From the human T2T-CHM13v2.0 reference genome, Homo sapiens: DNA of 64,000 bases. Positions 50,134 through 61,817 of this stretch are shown one piece after another. A program made the translations under genes and the position numbers. The notes below the pieces were generated by a model. The model searched no databases, had not been told where the DNA came from, and was given only the letters and a program-made list of their open reading frames with translations. Location: the NCBI RefSeq assembly GCF_009914755.1, contig NC_060947.1; one strand, written 5' to 3'. Within the stretch, counting starts at the first letter, position 1. Every line of letters starts with the position of its first letter.

Positions 50134-51055
50134 TTGGAGATGGCAGATTTACTGTCTCCTTTGTCTGTGGGACTAGAGCCCCACGGCCAGGGGAGACCTG
50201 GTATCCAAGGCGTGCCGTAGGGGAGCTTCACCTGGATGGAGACCGGCTCTCCCGGCATCCCAGTGGCCTAGCTGGCTGCACAACGGAACTGGAGACGGGG
50301 CTGCAGCATGATACCAGCACTTCAGGTACCACAGTAAGGAGAAAGGGCCCAAGGCAGGAAAGCCCATCCCATAGGGATGAAGGGGAGCTTGATCACCTCC
50401 CGGGGACCGACCACTAATCCAACCCAGAGTGGCTGGGGGGCAGCAGGAGTGGCCTGCCAATTTGGATGAACCTCATGTCCCCCTAATAAAGTGAAAGTGG
50501 CTCAGTGGTGGAGAAAATGGGCCAATAGAGTGGCAAGTGCAGCAAGGAAGAGCTTGCTGGCAGGGTGCAAGAGTGGCTTGCCAGCCCAACTGGGAGTGTG
50601 TGGGTGTGTGTGTGGACCTACCCAGGACATGAGAGAGGCTCGTTTCGTCTGATGAGGAGTCCTGGGGTAGGAGTGGTGTGTAGGTGTGTGAATGTGGGAG
50701 CCTAACTAGGCTCACCCAGGACACGGGAGAGGCCCGTTTTGTCCGATGAGGAGTCCTGGGGCAGGGGACATGTGTGAAAGTGTGTGAAAGAGACGGTCTC
50801 GGGAGAGGCCAATGCGGGGAGTGACGTGGGGAAGCACAGATCCCTTAGCGTGGGCTGTGTGCTCTGAGGCAAGTGCGGGGGAAATCAGACCTAGGACGTT
50901 GTGTACAGCTGATAGGACCAGCTCCATGGCCACAGCAGGCTGTGAGAGGGGAAGGCACGTTCCTGGCTAAGCAGCCTCTGAAACTCCCATAATAGGACCC
51001 AGTCTAGTGGACCCGAGAGTGAAAGTGAGAGTGAAAGTGCGCCACAAGGGAGGAA

Positions 51056-52471
51056 ATGGGAGGAAAAGTGTTGAAACCAACTCCTTTGGAGTGCATGATG
51101 AAAAAATTTAAAAAAAGATTTAGAGGTGATTATGGGATGAAACTGGATGCTCAAAAGTTAAGGACATACTGTGAATTAGAATAGCCCTCTTTTAGTGTCA
51201 GATGGCGGGCCGAAGGCACTACAGAGAAATTGGCCATGTGTTTTAAGGTGGTGACTAGGGTCAGAGGACAGCCAGGGCATTCAGACCTAGTCTTTACATT
51301 GATGACTAAATGAATGCAGCCCTGCCTAGCAGTTTATTGTAGAATGCTCGCAGCTCATGCCAAGAGAAACCAGCTGCTCTGACGGCTACAGAGTTAAAGG
51401 GAAAGTCACAGAGGCTTGTAACTCCAAAAGTAAAAAGTGAAAAGTAAAAGCCAAAAGTGAAAGTAAAAATCAGCTGCCCTGGCAGCTATGGAAACAAAAG
51501 AAAAGTCTGAGGAAGGAGAAAACTGGTTTTGCAAGAACCACAGGAGGGAATAGAGACCCCTCCTCCCTACATTCCAATCTACCCCCCTTTACTAAGGCTA
51601 ACTGCCCCTAAGGAGTTAAGTTCAAAGAGATACAGGCTCCCAGTCTCACAGAAGGAGAAATCAGAGCTCCAGGAAGTTAAAGTGAAAAGCTAGAAAAGTC
51701 AGGTAGGCCGTCTCAGGTCTGGCCATGCCGAAGTTATGCTTACGCCTCTTACGAGGACAAAAGGACCCCCACTAGGACCCAGATGATGCAGTCTGGCTTC
51801 AACACCTACGAAGGTGCCGAGAAACACTTCTGCAAAAGCTAAAGGATAGTAAAAGAAAAAGACAACCAATATAAAAAATCTCAGAGGTGCTCCAGGGTGC
51901 AGATAAAAGCACCAGCCAGTTTTAAGAAAGACTTTGTGAGGCATTTTGGGTGTACACTCCGTTTAACCCCAAGGCTGCTGAAAATCAGTGCATGGTGAAT
52001 ACAACATTTGTAAGTCAGGGCCAAGGAGATATTAGGCATAAATTGCAGAAGTTAGAAGCTCCGTAGGTGTGAATGCTACTCAGCTTATTAAAGTGGCTAC
52101 CAAGGTGTACATTAACTGAGATCAGGAGGCAAAGAAGAAAGCTGATCGGAGGCTTAAGAAAGGCTAATTTACTAGCAGCAGCCCTTACAGGAAGAGAAGC
52201 TGGCTCTTTGCAAGGAGACATGGACGCGGGTGTGAACGCAGTCATGGAAAAGGCTAGTCTGGACAGGAGTTTGAAAGCCGGCCGAGGCTAGAGAGAGATT
52301 AATGTGCACGGTGCAAAAGGAAAGGACACTAGAAGGATAAATGTCAAAAGAGTAAGGAGAATGGTCAATGGCCTAACACCCAAGAGCGGCGTTCGGTTGC
52401 TAGTTGTGGTGCTTCCGAGGCAGATCCTGATCTGATCGGCTTAGCGGGGGGCCGAGAATTTAGCAGACTGA
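51056..52471 (+). pseudogene. ERV gag remnant
   Basis: Starts MGGKVLKPTPLECMMKKF; PPPY late-domain-like coding near 51560; CCHC knuckle CARCKRKGH*KDKC near 52303-52345; several stops and frameshifts; TGA at 52469-52471. Confidence 0.82.
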
Positions 52472-55400
52472 GACAGACCGGGCTCCATCCTTTTAGGCCC
52501 CGGGGAGCCTATGGTCTCTATGGAAGTAGGGGGCCGATCAATGGATTTTTTTGGTCGATATTGGTGCTGATTTCTCTGTGGTAACCCACCCGATTAGCCC
52601 CCCCCCACAAAGAACTGTGCTACTATCGTAGGGGGTACAGGGGCCAAAGAAAAGAGACCCTTTTGCAAATCCAGGAGATGTATTATTAGGGGACAAGAAG
52701 TGCAGCATGAGTTTCTATATATGCCAAATTGTCGAGTGCCCTTGTTAGGAAGAGACTTACTCCAGAAACTGCAGGCACAAATTTCCTTTACACCTAAAGG
52801 GAATATGACACTGGAGTTTGGAAAGTCTAAGGCAATGGTATTGACTCTAACTGTCACAAAGGCTGAGGAATGGCGGCTCTGTGAACTGTGTGCCAGAAGG
52901 CTACCGGAGCCGGACCTACACAATAAGTGGGGAATGCTTTTCAAGGAACCAGGTGTATAGGCTGAGGACAACCCCCCTGGACTTGCTGCAAACAGACCCC
53001 TGGTGGTAGTAGAGCTTAACCCTCATGCTGCCCTGGTACGAGTCCGTCAATATCCCTACCCAGAGAGGCAATTGATGGCATAACAAAACATTTAAATCGG
53101 CTGTATGAACATAGGATTATAGTGAAATGCAAGTCCTTCTGGAATACTCCTCTGCTGCCTGTGCGCAAGCCAAATGGTGAATACAGGCCAGTTTACAAAG
53201 TGTCCAGGGACAAGGCAAAAGTCTGTTTTCGGGAGGTTGGATATCTAGGATTCATGGTATCCCAAGGCCAGCGCAGGCTTGGAAGTGCATGCAAGGAGGC
53301 TGTATGTGCATTGCCCACCCCAGTTTCAAGGCAGCAGGTCAAGAAATTTCTGGGTGCAGTGGGATTCTGCCGAATCTGGATTCCAAACTTCTCCCTTACA
53401 GCAAGGCCCTTATATGAGGCTACCAAAGGAAAAGAAAGAGAGCCCCTCGTATAGGAAAAGGAACAGCAAAAGGCCTTCAAAGATATAAAGGAAGCTCTCA
53501 TCCAAGCCCTGGCGCTAGGGTTGCCAGATGTAAAAAGCCCTTCTTTTGATATGTGGATGAACGGAAGGGAATGGCAGCTGGAGTCTTCACTCAGTTGTTG
53601 GGCTCTTGACATTGGCCGGTAGCTTACTTATCCAAGCGACTGGACTTGGTGGCCTTAGGTTGGCCCCACTGCCTCAGGGCGCTGGCAGCTATGGCAATCC
53701 TTATAGAAGATGCCAACAAGCTAGCCCTAGGTCAGAAGACAATAGTCTGGGTGCCACACGCTATAGTCACCTTAATGGAGCAAAGAGGACATCGTTGGCT
53801 GTCCAACTCTAGAATGCTAAAGTATCAAGGGCTTCTGTGTGAAAATCCCCAGATAACACTGGAAACTATAAATACGGCCTGTGGAGGACCCTGATTGGAA
53901 TGATGGTGGGTTGCCTCACTGCTGGCAGGACCTTCCCCACTGTTGCATAAATACGGTGAACGAGCCGGGAAGATCTCAGAGATACCACCTTGGAGAGCCC
54001 AGATGTTGAATACTTCACTGATGGTAGCAGTTTCATAACAGATGAGGTGTGATATGCAGGGTATGCAGTAGTGACCCAATACTCGGTGGTTGAGGCTCAA
54101 GCCTTACCTTCTGGGACTTCTGCTTAGAAGGCTGAATTAATAGCATTAACCAGAGCACTGTTATTGGCCAAGGGGAAGAAAGTAAACATATGTAATGATT
54201 CAAGATATGCTTTTGCAACCCTGCATGCCCATGGGGCAATACACAAAGAGAGAGGACTATTGGCTACTGAAGGAAAAGAAATAAAAAATAAAGAGGAAAT
54301 TTTGCAATTATTAGAAGCCATATGGGCTCCAGAGAAGGTGGCTGTTATTCATTGCAAAGGACACCAAATCGGGAAGAGCTATGAGGTGCCCAGCAACAGA
54401 AAGGCAGACCAAGAGGCTAGGCAGGCAGCAATGAGAAAGGCTTTACCTGAAGAAAGAACTCTAGCAATGCCTCTCCTTATAGAGCCCCCTTTATTGGAGG
54501 TAACCAATTACTCTTCAAGGGAAAAAGCTTGGTTTGGTCAGGAAACAGGAAAATATATTAAAAATGGATGGTGGCTGTTCTCTGACGGGAGGCTAGCTGT
54601 CCCAGAAACAAAAGCCCCAAGGTTTGTGAAGCAGATCCATCAAGGAACACACATTGGAAGGACGACTAGAAACTTTGATAGGTCGGCATTTCTATGTGCC
54701 ACGGCTCTCTGCCATCGCCCATGCTGTTTTTGAACAATGTCTATCCTGTGCCCGGAATAATCCAAAACAAGGACCTACTCGACTTCCCGGAATTCAGGAA
54801 GCAGGAACTGTTCCTTGTGAGAACCTGCTTGTAGAGTTCACTGAGTTACCTCTAGCAGGAGGTTACTGGTATATGCTAGTGTTTGTTTACACCTTCTCAG
54901 GGTAGGCTGAGGCCTTCCCCACCAGAACTGAAAGGGCACGAGAGGTGACAAAGGTGCTACTAAAAGACATCATACCAAGATTTGGGTTGCCTTTAACCCT
55001 AGGATCAGACAGTGGTCCTGCATTTGTGGCAGAAGTAGTACAAAAGCTGACTCAACTTTTAAAGATCAAATGGAAACTGCACACAGCCTACTCACCACAG
55101 AGTTCAGGGAAGGTGGAATGGATGAACCGGACACTCAAACAGCTACTAAAAAAGTTTAGCCAGGAAACTCACTTACGATGGGATCAGGTCTTGCCCATGG
55201 TCCTCCTCCAGGTCAGGTGTACACCTACAAAACAAACTGGGTACTCACCCTATGAAATATTGTTCGGAAGGCCACCCCCAATTATTAATCAAATTAGAGG
55301 GGATTTAAAGGAGTTAGGAGAGTTAACCCTTAGGAGACGGATGCAGGCTTTAGGAGTGGGAATGTAGGAGGTGCATAGCTGGGTAAGGGAAAGGATACCT

Positions 55401-55736
55401 GTAAGTCTAACAGACCCAGTGCATCCACATAAGCCAGAGGACTCTGTCTGGGTTAAAAGGTGGAATCCAACAACCTTGGGGCCCTTATGGGATGGGCCCC
55501 ATATTGTGATCATGTCTACTTCCACTGCTGTTAAAGTTGCAGGTGTCACACCTTGGATTCACCATAGCCGCCTGAAACCAGTGGCAGCAGTGACTCCCGA
55601 CGATGACCAGTGGATTAGCCAACAAGACCCAGATTGTCCCACCCGAATGCTCCTACGGCAAAACCCAACCACCGGTAAGAAGGACGACTGCCCTGCTCTG
55701 ACCACACCAGAGGCTGGTCAGTCTACATATGGCTGA
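52472..55736 (+). pseudogene. ERV pro-pol remnant (protease, deleted RT, RNase H, integrase)
   Basis: LVDIGADFSV (protease); NTPLLPVRKPNGEYRPV and FLGAVGFCRIWIPNF (RT); DSRYAFATLHAHG (RNase H); GSDSGPAF, HTAYSPQSSGKVE and WDGPH (integrase). Confidence 0.92.
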
Positions 55737-55789
55737 AGCTTGAGGATCCTACAAGCTCTGCTCTAGTCACATCCTGGAAGCTGACTAGT

Positions 55790-57880
55790 CTATGCATGGC
55801 CGAAGCTAAGAGGACCATCTCCGGATAATTAAATGTAAATACAATTTATAAGCCTAGTTATAATTCTGTCAATACTGATTGTTCTGTTGTTATTACTGCA
55901 AATGCTGCAAATGTCTATGCTCAGAAGAAGGTTTGCCATGCCCATGTGTAGTGTAAACATGTTTCTATTACGTACACTGATGTTGTTACCATTTCTGCCT
56001 ATACTAAAAGGGGAGAAATCTTGAGAAGGATGCCCACATTGTGTACACACTACCTGGGTAAAAAATACTATAGTTAAAATTCTACTGTACCATACCTACT
56101 ATAAATGTACAGGAATCAAGTTAAGAACCTACACATACAACCAGAAACAGTCTGCAATGGTTTAACACAAGAGAGGCTTAGCAGGACCAGCCCTAAACAT
56201 CTGTATGGAGAACCACAAATCAGATGCCCTGACTGTAACATTCAGTGGTCTACACTAACACAGCTCTAACACTTATATTCAGGAAGGACTGCTCTGCTAA
56301 GGAGTATGTCAACCAAACCAAATTGTAAGACAAGGACATGCAATCCTTTAAATTTTACTATCTTAAAGCCAGAGCTACCTTTCTCGTCTACAGGACAGAC
56401 AGCACTATTACAGGTAAACAGACAAGGAGCAGGCCTTGGAGTTCCACTACTAATTGTCAAAAAGACTAGAAGGACTCAAATGCGTCCAACCCCGCAATTT
56501 CGGGTCCGTAAGTCATTCTATAAGCATTTTGTTCAGTCAGTGCCTGAGCTTCCCCCATCAACCAAAAACTTATTTGCCCAATCAGCTGCAAACATAGCTG
56601 GCAGCTTATGAATTTCCTCATGCTATGTATGTGGAGGAAATAATATGGGGGACCAGTGGCCATGGGAGGCAAAGGAATTAATGCCACAAGATAACTTCAC
56701 TTTGCCTAACCCTGCCAGTGAACCAACAGCCTCAGCCAGTGTTTGGTTGTTAAAAACCTCCATAATTGAAAAATACTGTATTGCCCGTTGGGGAAAGGCT
56801 TTCACAGAGAGAGTAGGAGAAACAACCTGCCTAGGGCAACAGTATTATGATAAGACTAAAAACAAAACTCTATGGAGAAATGCCCAGAATGACTCCTACT
56901 TACCAGATCCAAACCCTTTCTCTCGGTTCTCTACTCTAAGCCACTCTTGGCATCTCTAGAGGCTCCAAATGCTTGGAAAGCACCCTCTGGCCTATATTGG
57001 ATCTGTGGCACATAGGCATATTGGCAACTGCTGGCTAAATGGACAGGGGCGTGTGTGTTAGGAACAATCAAGCCATCCTTCTTTCTAATTCCTCTAAAGC
57101 AAAGGGAACTCTTAGGGTATCCAGTTTATGAGGAAAATAAAAGAAGAACTAGAAGAAGCATAATCACAAAAATAGACACAAATGTCAAAAAGGAAGTAGA
57201 CATAGGAGACTGGAAGGATAATGAATGGCCTCATGAAACAATCACTAAATATTATGGGCCAACTACCTGGGCACAGGATGGGTCATGGGGATATCACACC
57301 ACAATCTATATGCTCAACTGCGTCATAAGGTTGCAGGCAGTCCTTGAAATTATAACCAATGAAGCATCAAGGGCACTAGATTTATTGGCAATACAAGCAA
57401 CACAAATGAGAAATGCTATACATCAAAATAGATTGGCTTTAGATTACCTCTTAGCCTCAGAAGGAGGAGTATGTGGAAAATTTAATTTAACCAACTGTTG
57501 CCTAGAAATCGATGATAATGGCTGAGCTGTCATGGAAATCACAGCTAGAATGCGCAAGTTGGCCCATGTTCCAGTTCAGACTTGGTCCGGATGGTCCTTG
57601 GATTTGTTGTTTGGAGGATAGTTCTCAACCTTTGGAGGATTCAAAACTCTCATTGGTGGGTTTTTGTTTAATCTTGGCATCTGCCTCATCCTCCCTTTTA
57701 TTTTACCCCTGATTATTAGGAGTATTCAGTCAACTATAAAGGCAATAGTAACCCGACACACTACCTCACAGTTGATGGCATTAACCAAACATCAGCTGCT
57801 GCCAGTAGAAGAAGAAGCCCAGCTCCACGAAGAGGTGGCAAATAATGGTGCTTGCTATGAACACCTTTGTTATGAAAAGC
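55790..57880 (+). pseudogene. ERV env remnant (ERV3-related type)
   Basis: CYVCGG...[12 protein letters not shown], furin-like KRRTRR, immunosuppressive domain [17 protein letters not shown], cysteine motif [12 protein letters not shown] helix; broken by stops such as TGA 57523-57525. Confidence 0.9.
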
Positions 57881-57895
57881 ACCAAAGGGGGGAAA

Positions 57896-58380
57896 TGAAA
57901 CAGGAATTAGAAGAAATTAAAGAATGTGTAAGCAAAAACTCAGTTGTTTGTAAGAAAACCCAACTCCCCCTGAGGAAGAGAAAGAGCTGGAGTCCTTTAA
58001 AATTAACTGCCTGTTTTTCCTTCTGTGGCTAGTGAGCCTTATCTCCCCCTTTCCCAGGCATTGTGAAGACTGTTTCTCTAGCTGTGCAGCAGTAAGGTCA
58101 CTAGACAGATAATCTCAAGTCGCAAAACATGTTGTTCCTTGAAAAGTAAGAAATGATGTAATGCATGTTTTAATTGAATAACTGCCTTTGTTTCTTGCTT
58201 CTGTAATACGCTTCCCCTGCACAGATCTCACCTGCCCCACGAAATGCTTAAAAGGTAGCTTCACTCTTTGTTTGGGGCTCAGTCCTTTGGATGTAATCCA
58301 ACTGGGTCGGTGCACCTAAATAATTAAATAATTCCTCCTCAACCCCTTGGTCTCTCTGATTCCTTAATTATCCCGCAGAA
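57896..58380 (+). repeat. 3' LTR (485 bp), preceded by the polypurine tract
   Basis: aaaggggggaaa then TGAAACAGG...; terminal CA changed to AA. Confidence 0.93.
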
Positions 58381-59005
58381 GTGAGACCCCACGCCCAACG
58401 CAGATAATTTTATTGATAGAATTCCTTTTTGTGATCCAGAGTCAAGTTCAGGATCACATCTTGCATGTGCTTTTCAGGTGTTTTTAGTTTCCTTTAATCT
58501 GGAATGTTTCCTTAATTTGTCTTTGTCATTCATGATACAGACATTTTTGAAGAGGATAGACCAGTTGGTTTCCAGAATGTTCTGCAGTTTGGGCTTTTTC
58601 ATGTATTTTTTAAAGACCTTTTTTAAACTCAGCATTTATTGCTGGCTAGTCATGCCATATAAGAGTCTAAGTGCTAGGAGTGTAAGTGCTGTGAGAGACA
58701 GGATTTCAGCCTTGAATCATTTAATATGAGAAGGACAATCAGAGGTAGAATAACAAAGTGCAAAGGAGGCAGCAGAGTTGTCTGAGGGCAGTCTCTGGAA
58801 AGGAAGAGGGTAATATTTGGAACACCTTGTTTTCCTGTTTTCTGCTAACAGACTCCTGAAATAATGTTCATGGGATTCTTATCAACATATTTATTATTAT
58901 ACTAGCTAAAGCTTTTATATAATAACACCGAGAGCATGAATATTATTTTCTTATTCATATTTCATGTTTTACTGCTTAAATTGATATGTATTTTTTATTT
59001 TTAAT

Positions 59006-59131
59006 GGCCGAAGCCTGAAGCTGATAGCCAGGAACAGGTTCACCCAAAGACTGGGTGTGAGTGTGGAGATGGTCCTGATGGCCAGGAGATGGGCCTGCCA
59101 AATCCAGAGGAGGTGAAAAGGCCTGAAGAAG
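59006..59131 (+). CDS. GAGE10: GAGE10 exon 4 (acceptor is AT, not AG, in this sequence)
   Basis: (G)[41 protein letters not shown]; 126 nt; donor AAG|GTAGGG; preceded by tttttaat. Confidence 0.85.
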
Positions 59132-59199
59132 GTAGGGAATCCATTAGGCATGCACATTGTAGGGTGTCTGTTTCCACAGTATCGTATCATAATTATTAT

Positions 59200-59492
59200 T
59201 ACATTTTTGAGATGGAGTCTTGCTCTGTCCACCAGGCTGGAGTGCAGTGGTGGCATCTCGGCTCATTGGAAATTCCGCCTTCTGGGTTCAAGTGATTCTC
59301 CTGTATGAGCCTCTCGCGGAGCTGGGCTTATGGACATACACCAATGTGCCCAGCTAATTTTTGTATTTTTAGTAGAGACAGGGTTTCATTATGTTGCACA
59401 GGTTGTTCCCGAACTCCTGACCTCAGGTGATCCACTTAACTTAACCTTTGAAATTGCCAGGATTACAGGCGAGAGCCACCATACGCGACCAA
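59200..59492 (-). mobile_element. Alu
   Basis: Diverged antisense Alu dimer. Confidence 0.85.
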
Positions 59493-60399
59493 GCATTATA
59501 TTTTTAATAACACAGGTAACAATACTGCCTCTTTAGTAAGAGAGTTCTTATATGAAGGTTATTTGAAACGTAGTTCAGGCCCCAGCACCCGACTGATAGA
59601 CTGTCAGATAGGGAAACAAACTGAGTCAAAGCTATGTTGAATTAAAAGTTTTGAGTATAAATCCTTAAACCAGTAGCTCACAATTTTCAGATGCTTTTGT
59701 AAAGGTCTGCTTTTAATCAATGCATAACACGTTTGTAACACCCATCACTTGGTGTGAAAAATGCTGAAGCACTCATGCGGGTTCTAATACCAGCTCTTAC
59801 AGCCTTGGCGAGATTCTGAGTGAGTCCTTTCCCTTCTAAACCTATCTTTGGTTCTTATGAAAATAGTGAGTTTAAGTCAGAGACTTTAAAACCATTTTGC
59901 ATTCCGTTTCTTTCATACTCTGATCCTGTTGCATAGAATGCGTGGGACACAGAGATCATCTGCTTCGCATGGTTTGTTAATCACAAATCATGAAACCCTG
60001 GCCCGAGTCATCTGAAAATCTCTGAATTGAGATTTCATTGTCAGTAAGACAGTGAGCGGGCCCTCTGCTTCATCCTAGTTTTTCCGTGTGGAGAGCTGAA
60101 TACGTAGTATAAGATCTTGTGAAATTGTGAATTCTCCCTCTTCTTGGTTTGTTTGTTTGTTTGCGACAGAGTCTCAGTGTGTCACCCAGGCTGGAGTGCA
60201 GTGATGCAATTTCAGCTCACTGCAACTTCTGGCTCCCAGGCTAAAGCCGTCCTCCCACCTCAGCCTCCCGAGTGGCTGGAACTACATGCACAAGCCACCG
60301 TGCCTGACTACATTTTTTTGTTTTCATTTTTGTAGAGATGAGGTCTCACTGTGTTGCCCAGGCAGGGTTTCTCTGGCTTTTAATGAACAATTGCTTCTT

Positions 60400-60968
60400 T
60401 TTTTTTCTTTTATTTATTTATTTATTTATTTATTTATTATTATACTTTAAGTTTTAGGGTACATGTGCACGTTGTGCAGGTTAGTTACATATGTATACAT
60501 GTGCCATGCTGGTGTGCTGCACCCACTATCTCATCATCTAGCATTAGGTACATCTCCCAGTGCTATCCCTCCCCCCTCCCCCCACCCGACAACAGTCCCC
60601 AGGGTGTGATATTCCCCTTCCTCTGTCCATGTGATCTCATTGTTCAGTTCCCACCTATGAGTGAGAATATGCGGTGTTTGGTTTTTTGTTCTTGCGATAG
60701 TTTACTGAGAATGATGATTTCCAGTTTCATCCATGTCCCTACAAAGGACATGAACTCATCATTTTTTAGGGCTGCATAGTATTCCATGGTGTATATGTGT
60801 CACATTTTCTTAATCCAGTCTATCGTTGTTGGACATTTGGGTTGGTTCCAAGTCTTTGCTATCGTGAATAATGCCGCAATAAACATACGTGTGCATGTGT
60901 CTTTATAGCAGCATGATTTATAGTCCTTTGGGTATATACCCAGTAATGGGATGGCTGGGTCAAATGGT
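60400..60968 (-). mobile_element. 5'-truncated young L1PA 3' end in GAGE10 intron 4
   Basis: ttattatactttaagttttagggtacatgtgcac...gggtcaaatggt; TSD ACAATTGCTTCTT at 60387-60399 and 60969-60981. Confidence 0.93.
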
Positions 60969-61588
60969 ACAATTGCTTCTTAAATCTTTCCCCACGGAAA
61001 CCTTGAGTGACTGAAATAAATATCAAATGGCGAGAGACCGTTTAGTTCCTATCATCTGTGGCATGTAGGTCAGTGATGCTCAGCATGGGTGTGAGTAAGA
61101 TGCCTGTGCTATGCATGCTCCCTGCCCCACTGTCAGTCTTCATGAGCCACTATTTCTAATAAGACGGTAGACACACATACGATATAATCATCTCTAATCA
61201 TATCAAATGTTACATGTAAGTTTCAGCTTTAGAGACATGAATTGATAAGATTTAAAGTTGAAAGACCATGACTCTAGTACTTCCTGAGTAATCAACTGAA
61301 GTATGCTTTACACATGTGTTTTCCAAATTGCTGACTGTTAATTGTAAGTGCTTGTGACTTGAAAGGAAGCACTTGATGTTCAGGGGGGAAATTCCTTTTA
61401 AATTCTGCAGGTCTACGCTCAAAGTTTATGCAGAGGTTCAATTGCGTGTAAGACACGGGATCACCCATAGGGTTCTGTTTTTAGTCCATTTAATAAAACC
61501 CAAACTGTAGTGTGCTTTGTATGCCTTTAGGGTCATCTGAATAATCTGTTGCTAAGTCATGTTCCCAATCGTTGTGTTTCTGTTACAG

Positions 61589-61611
61589 GTGAAAAGCAAT
61601 CACAGTGTTAA
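61589..61611 (+). CDS. GAGE10: GAGE10 exon 5, coding part (3'UTR to about 61702)
   Basis: ttacag|GT GAA AAG CAA TCA CAG TGT TAA; 81+121+126+23 = 351 nt, 116 aa; AATAAA at 61677-61682. Confidence 0.92.
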
Positions 61612-61817
61612 AAGAAGACACGTTGAAATGATGCAGGCTGCTCCTATGTTGGAAATTTGTTCATTAAAATTCTCCCAATAAAGCTTTACAGCCTTCTGCA
61701 AAGAAGTCTTGCGCATCTTTTGTGAAGTTTATTTCTAGCTTTTTGATGCTGTGAAATATGTATCATTCTTTGAAATCGTGTATTGTAACTCTCTGAGCTG
61801 GTATGTAGAGACATCGT

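Larger units (their letters stand above)
49623..58380 (+). mobile_element. Defective two-LTR class I (gamma-like) endogenous retrovirus, probably HERV15/RRHERV-I (LTR15)
   Basis: Two LTRs, 4-bp TSD GTGA (49619-49622 and 58381-58384), PBS, polypurine tract and gag-pro-pol-env remnants. Family inferred from the Ile-like PBS, ERV3-like env and LTR length. Confidence 0.93.

Noticed and set aside
50641-50666. CTGATGAG with a nearby TTTCG as a hammerhead ribozyme core
   Set aside because: CUGAUGA and CGAAA fall on opposite strands, and the second copy lacks CTGATGA.
57055-58032. env ORFs as a domesticated syncytin- or suppressyn-like gene
   Set aside because: Several stops upstream and within TM; no continuous frame with a signal peptide.
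59004-59018. New ATG created by the acceptor change
   Set aside because: It reads M-A-E-A-stop, out of frame with GAGE.
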